This document shows, piece by piece, positions 1-15,027 of a stretch of 64,000 nt of DNA. The number at the start of each line of letters is the position of its first letter. Position 1 is the first letter of the stretch. A program made the translations under genes and the position numbers. Origin of the DNA: Piromyces finnis finn (Eukaryota > Fungi > Neocallimastigomycota); NCBI GenBank assembly GCA_002104945.1, contig MCFH01000003.1:558001-622000 (forward strand), written 5' to 3'. Under the pieces are notes generated by a model. The model worked only from the letters and a program-made list of their open reading frames with translations, was not told where the DNA came from and made no database searches.

Positions 1-1071
1 TTTTAAAAATAATTATTTCCTTTTTACTATTTATATTCTTAATTATTCTTAAAACAACTTTTCTTTTACTCTTTTCTGTTTTTATAATTTTTTTTTTTTT
101 TAAATGGAATGTTTAATTTTTTTTTAAAAAATTAATAATTAAATATAAAAATAATGAGAGGAAATGATTGGCTAATTCAACAAACAATTAATCATTTTTT
201 CTGGATCAAAAATAAATAAATTTATTACAATTAATGATTTATGTAGATGGATTGTACATAAATGTAAAAATTCAATATAATAAATATTTTTTTTAAAAAA
301 AGACATACTTTTTGGTGTGTGTGTTAAAATTGTTAATAAATAGATAGATAGATTTTGATTTAATAAAAACTAATAATGGGATTTTCTTTGAAGTATATCC
401 ATTTATTTTTTAAATAGTGTTATAAATTTGATCTATTTGTATATTTCCTCTATATTGATATTTATCTTCTTTTATTTTGTTAATAATTTTCAATAGCATT
501 TTAAAGAAATTAATAAAAAATTTGTATTTTTTTAAATAATTTAATATAAAAATATAAAATATATTTTTTAACCTCTATATCATAAAAATGATTTTAACTT
601 TTTTGTTATTGTTATTTTTTTATATTTTTTTTATTAATGTTTTTATTTTATTTTTTTTTTTGTTATTGTTTTTAATTTGACTTTTTTTTTTTGTTATTGT
701 TGTTGTTGTTAGTGTTGTTATTAATTTTTATCAAAAAGGAATAATTAATCTAAATTAATATAAAAGAAAGACAAACTTTAAATTATAAAAAATTTCAATA
801 AACTTTAAAAACTATTTTCATCAATTTTTCACAGCAGTAAAACCTTAAAAATCATTATTCCAAAAAGTTTTATTACACTATTTTCATTCAAACTTACACT
901 TTTATTTTTTAATATTAGTGAACAATGATAGTAGTGTTTTAATAAAATTATTGTTTTCTTATGAATTAAATTATATAATAAATACATATATATAACCAAC
1001 AATAAAAAAGTTTAAGCAAACAAAAAAATAATAATAATAATAATATTATTCCAAACTTATAATTTACAATA

Positions 1072-2694
1072 ATGACAGAAATAGATACTAATCCAAATAA
1101 AACTACTATCATTGATGAAGAATTTCATTGTGAATTAAATTTTCATTCCCTTTTTGCTGAAGGTTCAAATTTAACACGTCAAGGAAACTATATTAAAGCT
1201 ATTGATGCATATACAAAAGTAAATTAAAATAAAATATACTTATAATATTTATATTTATAATTTTTTTAGTTAAAATAAACCAGGTTTTGTTTTAAGGCTA
1301 ATTAAATACTATTTAAATATTATTTATCTTTCTATTTTTAAATATAAAAAGGCATTATCTATACGATATGAAGACAAAAATAGTTTAGTAGCAAGATCCT
1401 ACTGTTATTTACAAAGTGGTGATATAGAAAATGCCTTAGATGATGCTAATACTGCTCTTAAAAATGATAAAGACTTTCCAAAGGTATATCTATGAATTTA
1501 ATATTATAATTTATAATTTAATTCAATATTTAGTCAAAGATTATAATTAATATTACTTTTTAATTTAAAAAGGGTATCTTAAGAAAAGCAGAAGCATTAT
1601 ATGCTCAAGGTGATTTCGAAATGGCTTTAGTATACTTTCATAGAGGTAATAAATTACGTCCAGAAATTGAAGATTTCAGACTTGGTATACAAAAATCTAA
1701 AGAAGCAATTGATAATTCCATTGGAGGTATGTTAAAATAATATAAGATCTTTTTTTTTTTTTAAAAAAAAAAAAAACTAAATATAATGCATTTTTATATT
1801 GAAAAATAATAATTAAATTCATTTCATTTTTTTTAAATATATATATTAATTCATAAATGCCTTTTTTTTTCCCCTCATTTTCATTAATAGATCCAAAATT
1901 ATATAAGATCCCAGACTTTAAAAAAGAAAAAGATGTATCACCAACATCTTCACATATACCTTCAACAGCAAAGTTAAAAAATTTATCAGGCAGAGAAAAA
2001 ATACTTTTAGAAAAGAAAAAAAAGAAAGAAGAAAATATGAATATAAGAAGATTACTTGGTGAATTATATGAAGATAAAAAATATTTCGAAATGTTAAAAA
2101 ATGATAAAGGTATTAAAAATGAAATTAGCTTTTAAAAGAGATAATGATCTACTTTCATAATATAATTATATTTATTTTTAAGAATATTTAAATATATTAC
2201 TAATATAATAATAAAAATTAATTTAATATGCCTATTTATTTATTTTTGTATTATAAAGATTTGATAGAATTTCCAAATGATGAAATTCAAGGAATTATTG
2301 ATCAAGGCTTAGAATTTTTAGAAAGTAGAACTGAATTTTGGCGACAACAAAAACCAATTTATGCTCGTAAAAAGGAGCATAGTCAACGTGAAGCAAAAAG
2401 AATTTACTTACAATATAAAAATTATATTTCTAAAAAGGAAAAATTATCTCAAGAAAAAAAGAATAGTGAAATTGAAAAACCTGTTAAATATAAAAGACTT
2501 TATCCACCTCAACAAAAAAATGTTATTACTTCTGTTGGACTATCAAAAAAGTAAATATTATTATTAATAATAATTATATTTTTTTTAAAAAAAAAAATAA
2601 AAAAAAGTATTAAATAAAAAAGGATTTATTTATAAAAATTATAAATATTAATATATCTTTTTTAATATATAATATAATATAATATATAAATTTA

Positions 2695-2726
<32 letters not shown>

Positions 2727-5700
2727 GACTTAAAACTCAAAATGAAGAAAGTACAAATATTGAAATTATAAATAAATATTTTTTAATTTTATATTCAGGT
2801 ATTAAAATGTTTATTTAAAAATCTTATAGTTCTTTAACACACACGCATATAAATATATTGACATCTTAAATATTCATTTCTCTCTTTTTTTTCCTCTAGA
2901 TATTCAAAATAGAAAATTTGAAAAAGCTATTACAGTTGGTAATGAATTTTCTGAAAAATTAAATAAAATGAATGAAATTCCTGATAAAAATAATGTATTA
3001 TGTAATTATTATAACAGTATGGGTATATGTTATATGGAAACAAAACAATATAAAGAAGCCTTTGATTGCTTTAAAAGAGGTAATTTTATCTATAAAAAAA
3101 TAAGATAAATGATTTTTAAGTTATATATTTTTTAAAAAAAAAAAAAACAGCTAATATTAATTTTTTTTTATAAAGATTTAAATATTGCTAAAGATGGACT
3201 TTTAAGTGAATATTATTCACGTGCTTTAGGAAATATTGGAAGAATATATATCAAAATGAAATTGTATAATGAAGCCATACAAGTCTGGTCTGAAAAATTA
3301 GAAATTATTAGTAATTATAAACAAGAAAAATATTTAAATGAATCAGAACTTACTGAAGAAGAAAATGAAAAATTAAAAACAAAAGATATTGAAATGGCTT
3401 GGCTTAATCATGATATTGGCCGTTGCTACTTAAATTTAGAAAATTATGAAAAAGCATTAGAGTATGGTAAAACATCATATCAAATTGCTCAATCAATTAA
3501 TAATCCTAATTGGATTTTAGCATCTCGCGCACTTTGTGGTCAAACTTATAGTAATTGTTTTTTTTTTTTAATTTATTTATTTATTATTATTATTATTGCT
3601 GTTTTTGTTGTTAATATTTTTTACTATTAAATGCCAATAATATAATATTTTTCTACAAGAAAAAAAAAAAAAAACTTTTTTTTTAAAAATTAATTTGATG
3701 TATATATATATTTATTAAAAAAAATTATTTAAATATAAACTTTTTTTTATTAGCCCGATTAAATGATTATGAAACAGCATTAGAATATTATGAACTAGCA
3801 TTAGAAACTGCTAAAGAATTAAATGAACAAGAAGGAATTAGATGCTTAACAATATCTATTGAGAATATAAAAGAAAGATTGAATAGTACTGGTGATGATT
3901 ATACCAAGGAAAATAATGATGAAACTATTGAAAATAACAGTGATGATGAAAAAAATCAAAATACTAATGAAAATGATAATATTGAAATTGATAATGATAA
4001 TGAGAACATCAGTGTTGATAACAATGAAAATAATGATAAAGACTATGAATATGAGGATGATTTTAATGACATTCAAGAAAAAGAAGAATTACCTCAGGAT
4101 GTTGAATTAAATAATGAAGTACTTAATGATAATAATAATTTTGATCAAGATCAAAATAATATTAATGAAAAGCATATAGAATTTAATGAAGAGGATAATG
4201 TAAATGATAATAGAGATGACAATTTTATACAACAAACAGATAATAATAATACTATTGATGATGAAAATGAAGGAAAAGAAGAACATCCGTTTGAAAACAG
4301 TTATCATGAAGAATTTGCTAAATATAACGAATTCAATAATGATTATATTAGTGATACAAATGATTTCTTTGACAATTTCAATACAAATAACGGTTTTTCA
4401 GAGACAATTAAGGAAGAAAATAATGAAACAAATAATAATGATCTACAAGATCCTATGAGTAATTTCGATATTCCATCTATTAAGCCAGAAGAGAGTACCA
4501 AAAATGAATTCACCGAGGATTATAACCTTGACAATGAAAACTTAAATAATAAATTAGATGCAATAAAATTAGAATTAGAAGAAGAGATTATAAAAATTGA
4601 TGAAGTGGAAAATGAAATGTTATCAAATAATGAAGAAGAAGAAGGTACTGTTGATAAAGAAAAAGAAGCTGAAAATGAAAATCCTTTAGCTGATGAAACT
4701 CGGAATGAAAAAGAAGATATAATTAATAAGGAAATAATAATAGAAGAAGAAAAGACCGCTAATCAAGAAAACTTTGTCAATGAAGAAAATCAAATTGATG
4801 AAGAAAACCCAATAAATGAAATAAATCAAATTAATGAAAAAGGAAATGTTGAAAACGAAAATAAAAATATAATAAACGAAGAAACAACAATTGAAAATGA
4901 AGAAGACATTAAAAAAAATATTGAAGAAGAAACACCATTAAGTAAATCTGATAGTGTAAAAGATAGTACTAGTAATCTTTCTAAGAGTAAGACAACAAGT
5001 AGACCAGCAAGTGTCAAAAATAGTCAAGAGAATATAACAGAACCAACTGAAAATGAAATACCATCAAGTAGACCTGCTAGTGTTAAAAATAGTCAAGAAG
5101 AAATAGCAAAAGTGGTTGAAAAAGAAATTTCATCTAGTAGACCAGCAAGTATTAGAGGTAGTACAGGAAGTCTTATTAAAAGTAAGACAGAAAGTAGACC
5201 AGCAAGTGTTAGAGGAAGTACAATAAGTCTTTCTAAGAGTAAGACAACAAGTAGACCAGCAAGTGTCAAAAATAGTCAAGAGAATATAACAGAACCAACT
5301 GAAAATGAAACATCACCAAGTAGACCTGCTAGTGTTAAAAATAGTCAAGAAGAAATAGCAAAAGTGGTTGAAAAAGAAATTTCATCTAGTAGACCAGCAA
5401 GTATTAGAGGTAGTACAGGAAGTCTTTCTAAGAGTAAGACAACAAGTAGACCAGCAAGTGTCAAAAATAGTCAAGAGAATATAACAGAACCAACTGAAAA
5501 TGAAACATCACCAAGTAGACCTGCTAGTGTTAAAAATAGTCAAGAAGAAATAGCAAAAGTGGTTGAAAAAGAAATTTCATCTAGTAGACCAGCAAGTATT
5601 AGAGGTAGTACAGGAAGTCTTATTAAAAGTAAGACAGAAAGTAGACCAGCAAGTGTTAAAAACAGTCAAGAAAATATAGTAGAAACAACTGAAAATGAAA

Positions 5701-7676
5701 TACCTGAAAATGAAACACCATCAAGTGTCAAAAATAGTAAAGAAAATATAACAGAAACAACTGAAAATGAAATACCATCAAGTAGACCTGCTAGTGTTAA
5801 AAATAGTCAAGAAGAAATAACAGAGGTAGTTGAAAGAGAAATTCCATCAAGTAGACCAGCAAGTGTAAGAGGTAGTACTAATAGTCTTACAAAAAGTAAG
5901 ACATCAAGTAGACCAGCAAGTATTAAAGGTAGTACAGGAAGTCTTACCAAAAGTAAGACAACAAGTAAGCCAGCAAGTATTAAGAATAGTCAAGAGAATA
6001 TAACAGAAACAACTGAAAATGAAACATCATCAAGTAGACCTGCTAGTGTTAAAAATAGTCAAGAAGAAATAACAGAGGTAGTTGAAAGAGAAATTCCATC
6101 AAGTAGACCAGCAAGTGTAAGAGGTAGTATTAGTAGTCTTTCTAAGAGTAAGACATCTAGTAGACCAGCAAGTATTAAAGGTAGTACAGGAAGTCTTACC
6201 AAAAGTAAGACAACAAGTAAGCCAGCAAGTATTAAGAATAGTCAAGAGAATATAACAGAAACAACTGAAAATGAAACATCATCAAGTAGACCTGCTAGTG
6301 TTAAAAATAGTCAAGAAGAAATAACAGAGGTAGTTGAAAGAGAAATTCCATCAAGTAGACCAGCAAGTGTAAGAGGTAGTACTAATAGTCTGGCAAAAAG
6401 TAAGACAGCAGCAAGTAGACCAGCAAGTATTAAAGGTAGTACAGGAAGTCTTACCAAAAGTAAGACAACAAGTAAGCCAGCAAGTATTAAGAATAGTAAA
6501 GAGAATATAGTAGAAACAACTGAAAATGAAATACCTGAAAATGAAATACCATCAAGTGTCAAAAATAGTAAAGAAAGTATAACAGAACCAACTGAAAATG
6601 AAATACCATCAAGTAGACCTGCTAGTGTTAAAAATAGTCAAGAAGAAATAACAGAGGTAGTTGAAAGAGGAATTCCATCTAGTAGACCAGCAAGTGTAAG
6701 AGGTAGTACTAATAGTCTTACAAAAAGTAAGACATCAAGTAGACCAGCAAGTATTAAGAATAGTAAAGAGAATATAGTAGAAACAACTGAAAATGAAATA
6801 CCTGAAAATGAAATACCATCAAGTGTCAAAAATAGTAAAGAAAGTATAACAGAACCAACTAAAAATGAAATAACATCAAGTAGACCTGCTAGTGTTAAAA
6901 ATAGTCAAGAAGAAATAACAGAGGTAGTTGAAAGAGAAATTCCATCAAGTAGACCAGCAAGTGTAAGAGGCAGTACTAGTAGTCTTGCAAAAAATAAGAC
7001 AACTAGTAGACCAGCAAGTATTAGAAGTAGTACAGGAAGTCTTACCAAAAGTAAGACAACAAGTAGACCAGCAAGTGTTAAAAATAGTCAAGAAGAAATA
7101 ACAGAAATAGTTGAAAGAGATATTCCATCTAGTAAACCAGCAAGTGTAAGAGGTAGTACTAGTAGTCTTTCTAAAAGTAAGACATCTAGTAGACCAGCAA
7201 GTGTAAGAGGTAGTACTAGTAGTCTTTCTAAGAGTAAGACATCTAGTAGACCAGCAAGTGTAAGAGGTAGTACTAGTAGTCTTTCTAAGAGTAAGACATC
7301 TAGTAAACCAGCAAGTGTAAGAGGTAGTACAGGAAGCCTCGCTAGAGTTAGGACTACCAGTAGACCAGTTAGTGTTAAAAATAGTAAAGAAAATATAACT
7401 GAAGCAACGAAAAATAATCTTGAGAATACTGTTGATGAGCCTTTAATAATGCCTCAAGTAAATACAGAAATAACCGAGAATGATACATCAGTTATACCAA
7501 TCGAACCAATAACAGAAGCCGTAGCCGAAACAATTACAGAAGTGGTCAATGAAACTGTTAATGAAATTACAAAAGAAGAAATAACAGAAAATCTCAGTGA
7601 ACCAAATAAAGAATTCGAAACAAAAATTGAAAATACTGAAAACAATGATATCATAACGGAAAATACTACAGAATAA
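1072..7676 (+). CDS. TTC25: Tetratricopeptide repeat protein 25 / outer dynein arm docking complex subunit 4 homolog with a very long acidic and S[RK]PAS-repeat C-terminal tail (9 exons, about 1830 aa)
   Basis: Hand-assembled GT-AG exons 1072-1218, 1352-1483, 1573-1726, 1891-2109, 2259-2550, 2728-2798, 2900-3079, 3176-3550 and 3754-7676 total 5493 nt and stay in frame. The translation has TTC25 signature segments LVARSYCYLQSGD, GILRKAEALYAQGDFEMALVYFHRGNKLRP..FRLGIQKSKEAIDNSIG and FLESRTEFWRQQKPIYAR, followed by further TPR helices. The last TPR helix runs without a stop into the 1265-aa ORF. Confidence 0.88.
4990..7390 (+). repeat. Coding tandem repeat of about 35 S[RK]PAS-containing units of 18-22 aa with higher-order duplication
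   Basis: Repeated 'agtagaccagcaagt' and 'agtagacctgctagt'. The protein alternates SRPASVKNSQEEI..E (acidic) and SRPASVRGSTxSLxKSKT (basic) modules. Confidence 0.95.
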
Positions 7677-9737
7677 AAAAAAATTATAATAAATAATACA
7701 TATACATATTTTTTTATGCATTTATATTAAAAAAAAAAAAAAAAAGTAATTCTATTATTTTATTATTTTTTATTTAATATATTAATGTAATTATAAAATT
7801 TTTATGAATATAAATATTATATAAATATTTTTTTAATATACAAAAAGAACCATTTTACATTTTAGTTTAATCATTATATATATACATATGTATATATGTA
7901 TAAATATATATGTATATTAATGCTATTTAAAATTTATACATATATATATATAACTTTAATAAATTTGTGATAATATTTTATAAAATGACATTATAAAATA
8001 TATATATATATATTATTATTATTATTATTATTATTATTCATGATTTTTCATATTTTTTTTCATTTAGGAAATACGTTTAGATGTATTGGAATTTTTAATA
8101 TTACTGAATTAATAATTCAACATTTAATTTGTGCTTTTTTTTTTTTTTTTTTGATTCTAATGTTTAAAAAATTGTTTTTTATGCATATGCATATTTTTTA
8201 TTTAAAGAATTTAATATATACAAAAAATAAATAAATAAATAAACGAGGTAATAAAAAAAAGTTTTAGTTTAAATAACCCATCGAAAATCAAAGGTTTAAT
8301 AAAAAAAAAAAAGTTTGTTAAAAGGTATGTGAATTTGCTGCCTTATTTATCCTTCAAAAAGTTGATGTTGATTTTTCTTTGTACAACACTACCTAACAAT
8401 AAAGTTATTTCTTTGATGAAAGTTTCCTAGAAATTATAAACTCTTTCAATTTTTTTTTTTTTTTCCTTTCTTCTTTTGTAACCTGTTAATTTATAAAATT
8501 TAATAGTACCATCGTTTTTTATTATTTATTTTACCAAATAAAGAAAGTTTTTGTGTTTTTTCATTTTCTTTTTTTTTTTTCCTTTTTTTTTTTTTTTTTT
8601 TTTTTACCAAATTTGGTATAAATTCTATTTAATTTAAACGATAAAAATTTTTAAATCTTTTTTCATATAAAAACCATCATTTTCTCCTCTTTTTTTTTTT
8701 TTAAATTTTTTTATTTTTTATTTATTATTTATTATTGGTGTTTTAAATTATAAAATAAAAAATTTATGAAATGTAGGTGTAGTAGAAATAAAATTAAAAT
8801 GTTGTTAATGAAAAAATATATATAAAAAAATTACAATAAGAAAATTATTGCTACCCAAAAAAATATTAATAAAACAATAAACATAAAAAAATCTAATTCG
8901 ATTGAAACTTTAAAAGAAAATATAAATTTGTTAGGTTCAGAATTGAAAAAAAAAAATCTTGATTTGTAATAGGTTGTTTTTTTTTTTGCTATTTAAAGCA
9001 TCTACTCAAAAGAACTATGATTATTTCATTAAATAACTTTTAATATCATTCATCCATGGGTTTTGATTATGGTTTTTCTTCATAAAATGACTTGATTCAA
9101 TTTTTTTCTTTTTTTTTCCTCAAAAAAAAAATAAAAAAAAAAAAAAGACTTATATAAATTTTTTACTTTTTTTTATTTTTCTTTTTAAACTATTATTCGT
9201 TATAAAAATTTATGTGTATATTATTATTTTATAATTTAAATAACAAATAATAATTCTTATTTTATATACAAATATAATAGATACTAGTAGGTGAAATTTA
9301 TATCACTTTTTTGTTATATAATGTGTATTTTTTATATCTCATTTTCTGAGAATATATTTCCTAAAAATAAAATAAAAGAAAATTTTCTTCGACTTGTCTT
9401 TTTCCCTAAACACTATTTTTATAAAATATAACACTTTCTTTTATATCCGTATTGTTGAATTATTTCATTTTTCTTGTTTGGATGTGATTTAATTGTATGA
9501 TCAATCATTTTAATTGAAATAGTTTTGTTCTTTGGATTTAGGTTTATTATGAGTTTTAAATATTATGTAATTTATGATATTTCATTTTAATGATAATAAT
9601 TGTTAGAAATTTTTTTCAATAAAAAAGAACGTTCTTATGTTTTATTTTTCTCTTTTTTGTTTTCTTAAACTAGATTTATATATATTATTGATATTATTGA
9701 TATTTTAAATTATTGAATGAAATATTCTTCAAATAAT

Positions 9738-11737
<2,000 letters not shown>

Positions 11738-14327
11738 TTTCTATTAAAAATAATTAAATTATTTATAAATATTATATTAATACATTTTTAAGTTTGATTT
11801 ATCTTTTTTTTTTTTCCCATTTATATTTAAATCACATTCAATAAAGACTTTTCAACTTTTATAAACCATAGTATATATATAATTTTTCATTTTATTTTAA
11901 ATTTATTACTAATTTTATTTATTTAATTTATTATTAATTTTTTATACTAATGACTATATTTTAATATTTCTTCCATTAAGGGTTATATTTCTTTAAAAAA
12001 AAAAAAGAATCTTCATTTATTTGTTTATTTATTTACATAAAAACTAGAATCAAATAAACATATTTTTGAAAATATACAATTAATAAATTATTATTTATAT
12101 ACCTATTTATTTAATAATTTCCTTTTTATAAAAAGTATAAATAAGGTGTATATATGGGTGTGTGTGAAAGTAATGAGTAGTGTTTTTTTTTTTTAGTTTT
12201 TTTATATTTTACAATTTTTTTTGGTCTTTTTTTCTATAAAAAATATTTCTTTGTTTTTTAAAAGAAAAAAAGTATTTTTTTTATCGATTTTTAATTTTTT
12301 TTTTTTTGTTTTTTTATATATAAATGAATAAAATTTGAAAAAAAAAATAAAATAAAATTAATGCAACAACAATTAATTTATTTTATTTTTTGTTTGGTGC
12401 TAAAAAGTTTCCTTTTGTTAATTGTTTAAAAAAGAGTTAAAGGAAAAAAAAGAAGAAAAAAAAAGAAAAAAAAATAATAAATAAAAAAAAATATAATTTA
12501 TTAATAAAAAAAAAAAAACTTTAATATATTAAAAATGTAGATTTACCATTTAGTTGAAATCTTATAATTTATTTATTTTATAATTATTTATTCATTAATT
12601 AATAAAAGAAAAGATGGTTTTTTATTAATAATTTATTTAATTTTATATTAAATTCATCCATTACTATTTAAAAAATGGATTGTCATTTTTAATGAATTGT
12701 TATTATTTAATATATATTATATATATTACAGTATAATTAAAATATATTAAATAATTTCAATAATTTATTTACTTGTTTATTTACATAATAAATTAAAATG
12801 ATTAATTATTTATTTAATTTATTATTTATTTATTCATTTATTAATTAATTTATTTATTTATTTATTTATATATTGAAAAATAAAGTTTTTCTACCTAAAA
12901 TAAAAAAAAGTTAATGACTTTAATTAATTAGAAAATTTTGTTGTATTAAATATATTTATTGATGATAAACAAAGAGTATAATCTAATATATTATTATATA
13001 TATTATTAAATATATAAATATATATTAGAAAAAAAACTAGAGGCTTAAATTGAATTAGCGTATCAAATTAAACTACGAAAAATTATTATTTAAAAAAATA
13101 CTATAGAATTAATATTATTATATTTATAAATACAATTTAATAATATATTGATATTGTATACAATATGTAATACTGATTTATAAATGTATACAATTAATTT
13201 ATTCTTAATAAAGATTAAATTAATTTTGCCAACTACAATTACAACTTTAGTTACATTTTATTAATGTATACAAATACACTTAAAAATTAATTAAACCATT
13301 TTATTATGGAAAAGCACACTTTATACGAAAGAAAAGAAAAAGAAGGAAGGAAGGAAGGAAGAAAGAAAAGGATGAAAATAAAAGTAATGATAGAATTTAT
13401 GTTTTAAAAATGAATCATAAAATCCGTATAAATGCAAACATAAATTTGTTTAATGGTTTCCATAATAAAAACGGTATAGCCATACTATAAAAATAATTAG
13501 TAGTAAATAATAAATTCCATAATAAAAGTTTTAATTAACCTATCTACTGAACATAATAAAATTATTTTTATTATATTCAATAAACAAAAAGATTACTTTA
13601 GAATTAAAAATAAAAAAAAAAAAAAGATGATAGTTTTATTTAAAGAAAGAAAGAAAACATTCCTATTTAAATATTTAAAAAAAAAAAACTATCTTGAAGT
13701 ATTAAAAAAAAAAAAAAAGAATTAGTATATTAATTTTACAATATTGGGATTTATAAATATTCACATAAAAAATATTAATATTTATTAAGTATTTAATACT
13801 TTAATAATTAATAGAGAAAAAATTAATTTTATAAATATAAAAAAAAAAAATTCAAAATCCGTTCATTTACAACTACTGTTACAACCACAAATTATGGAAA
13901 AAAAAAAAAAAAAAAAGAATTATGATTATTATAAAGTTTTTTTCTTTTTTTTAAAAAAAAAAAAATAAACAAAAAAAAAAAAAAGTAAAATATAAACTTC
14001 TGTAGAAATGGAATCTTAATTTTTTTTTTTGTGTAAAATTTTTTGAATTATTTTTTTTAAAAAGAATGAAAAAAGGGTTAAATTTATTTTATAAATGTGG
14101 TGGTTACCAAACCAAAATTCAAAAACTTTTCAAAGAATTTGTTTATGGCAAAGTTTTTTTTATTTTTGTATATTTTATTTATCAAACTTTATCTTAACCT
14201 TATTTATTTAATTAAAAAAAAAACATAAAAAAATATCACTAAAAATTAAATTATTGTAAAGTATGTTATTAGGAGTACAAATAATAATTAGGATTTAAAT
14301 AGTATTGTTATTGTTATGCCAAAAAGA

Positions 14328-14381
14328 ATAAATATCTATACGTTATTCCAGTTTTAATTTGAATAACGTATAGATATTTAT
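14328..14381. repeat. Perfect 21-bp inverted repeat with a 12-nt loop (hairpin or cruciform)
   Basis: The left arm ataaatatctatacgttattc (14328-14348) is the exact reverse complement of gaataacgtatagatatttat (14361-14381). The loop is cagttttaattt. Confidence 0.95.
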
Positions 14382-14504
14382 GGTTAACTATAATAATGAT
14401 AAATAAATAAATAAAAAAAAACAGGGTTTTATAATATGATTCTTTTTATTTTATTTTATTTTTTGTATTTTATTTTTATTATTACAATTTTATTATTATT
14501 GTTA

Positions 14505-14535
<31 letters not shown>

Positions 14536-15027
14536 GGTAAAAGTAATATTTGAAAATAGATTTATTTGTGCTTTTCAAATATTTTTTTTATAGATTATGT
14601 ATGTATATATTTATGAAACATTTTATTTTTAAATGTTCATAATTAATAATATTATTAACGATTAAATTATGATGAAATTGATTAATGCTTTTAATTTTTT
14701 TTTTACCACTTTTACTATTTGGTCTTATTATTATTTATAAACGATAAATATAAAAAAGTTTTTTTTTTAAAAAAAAATTAAATTATCGTTATTCGAAAAC
14801 CATACATTTCTCCCCATAATGATATATAATATGAATTTGATGAAATCACACACACTCTTTTTTTAATCATTCATTATATTTATATATATTTGAATTCTAT
14901 TAGGTTATATCAAGGTTTATACATATAAATGAGATAATGAATGAATGAATGGAATGTAAGAAAAAAAAAAAAGTTTTTTTTTTCTGTTTGTTTGTTTTAT
15001 CTATTTTGAGTTTTGGATGAATTATTG

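Noticed and set aside
340-500. Possible minus-strand coding fragment (MLLKIINKIKEDKYQYRGNIQ..) near the window start
   Set aside because: It has an in-frame stop after about 29 codons and no consistent splice sites, so it cannot be supported.
4990-7390. Regularly spaced direct repeats that might be mistaken for a CRISPR array
   Set aside because: The repeats are in-frame coding units without unique spacers, there are no cas genes, and the context is eukaryotic.
11738-12320. A-rich tracts upstream of the PAB1 start (possible autoregulatory element, as in PABPC1)
   Set aside because: Homopolymer runs are ubiquitous in this genome, so the signal is indistinguishable from background without a mapped TSS.
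13151-13166. 16-bp palindrome atattgtatacaatat (and short stems near 54711 and 63072)
   Set aside because: Short AT-rich palindromes are expected by chance at this base composition.
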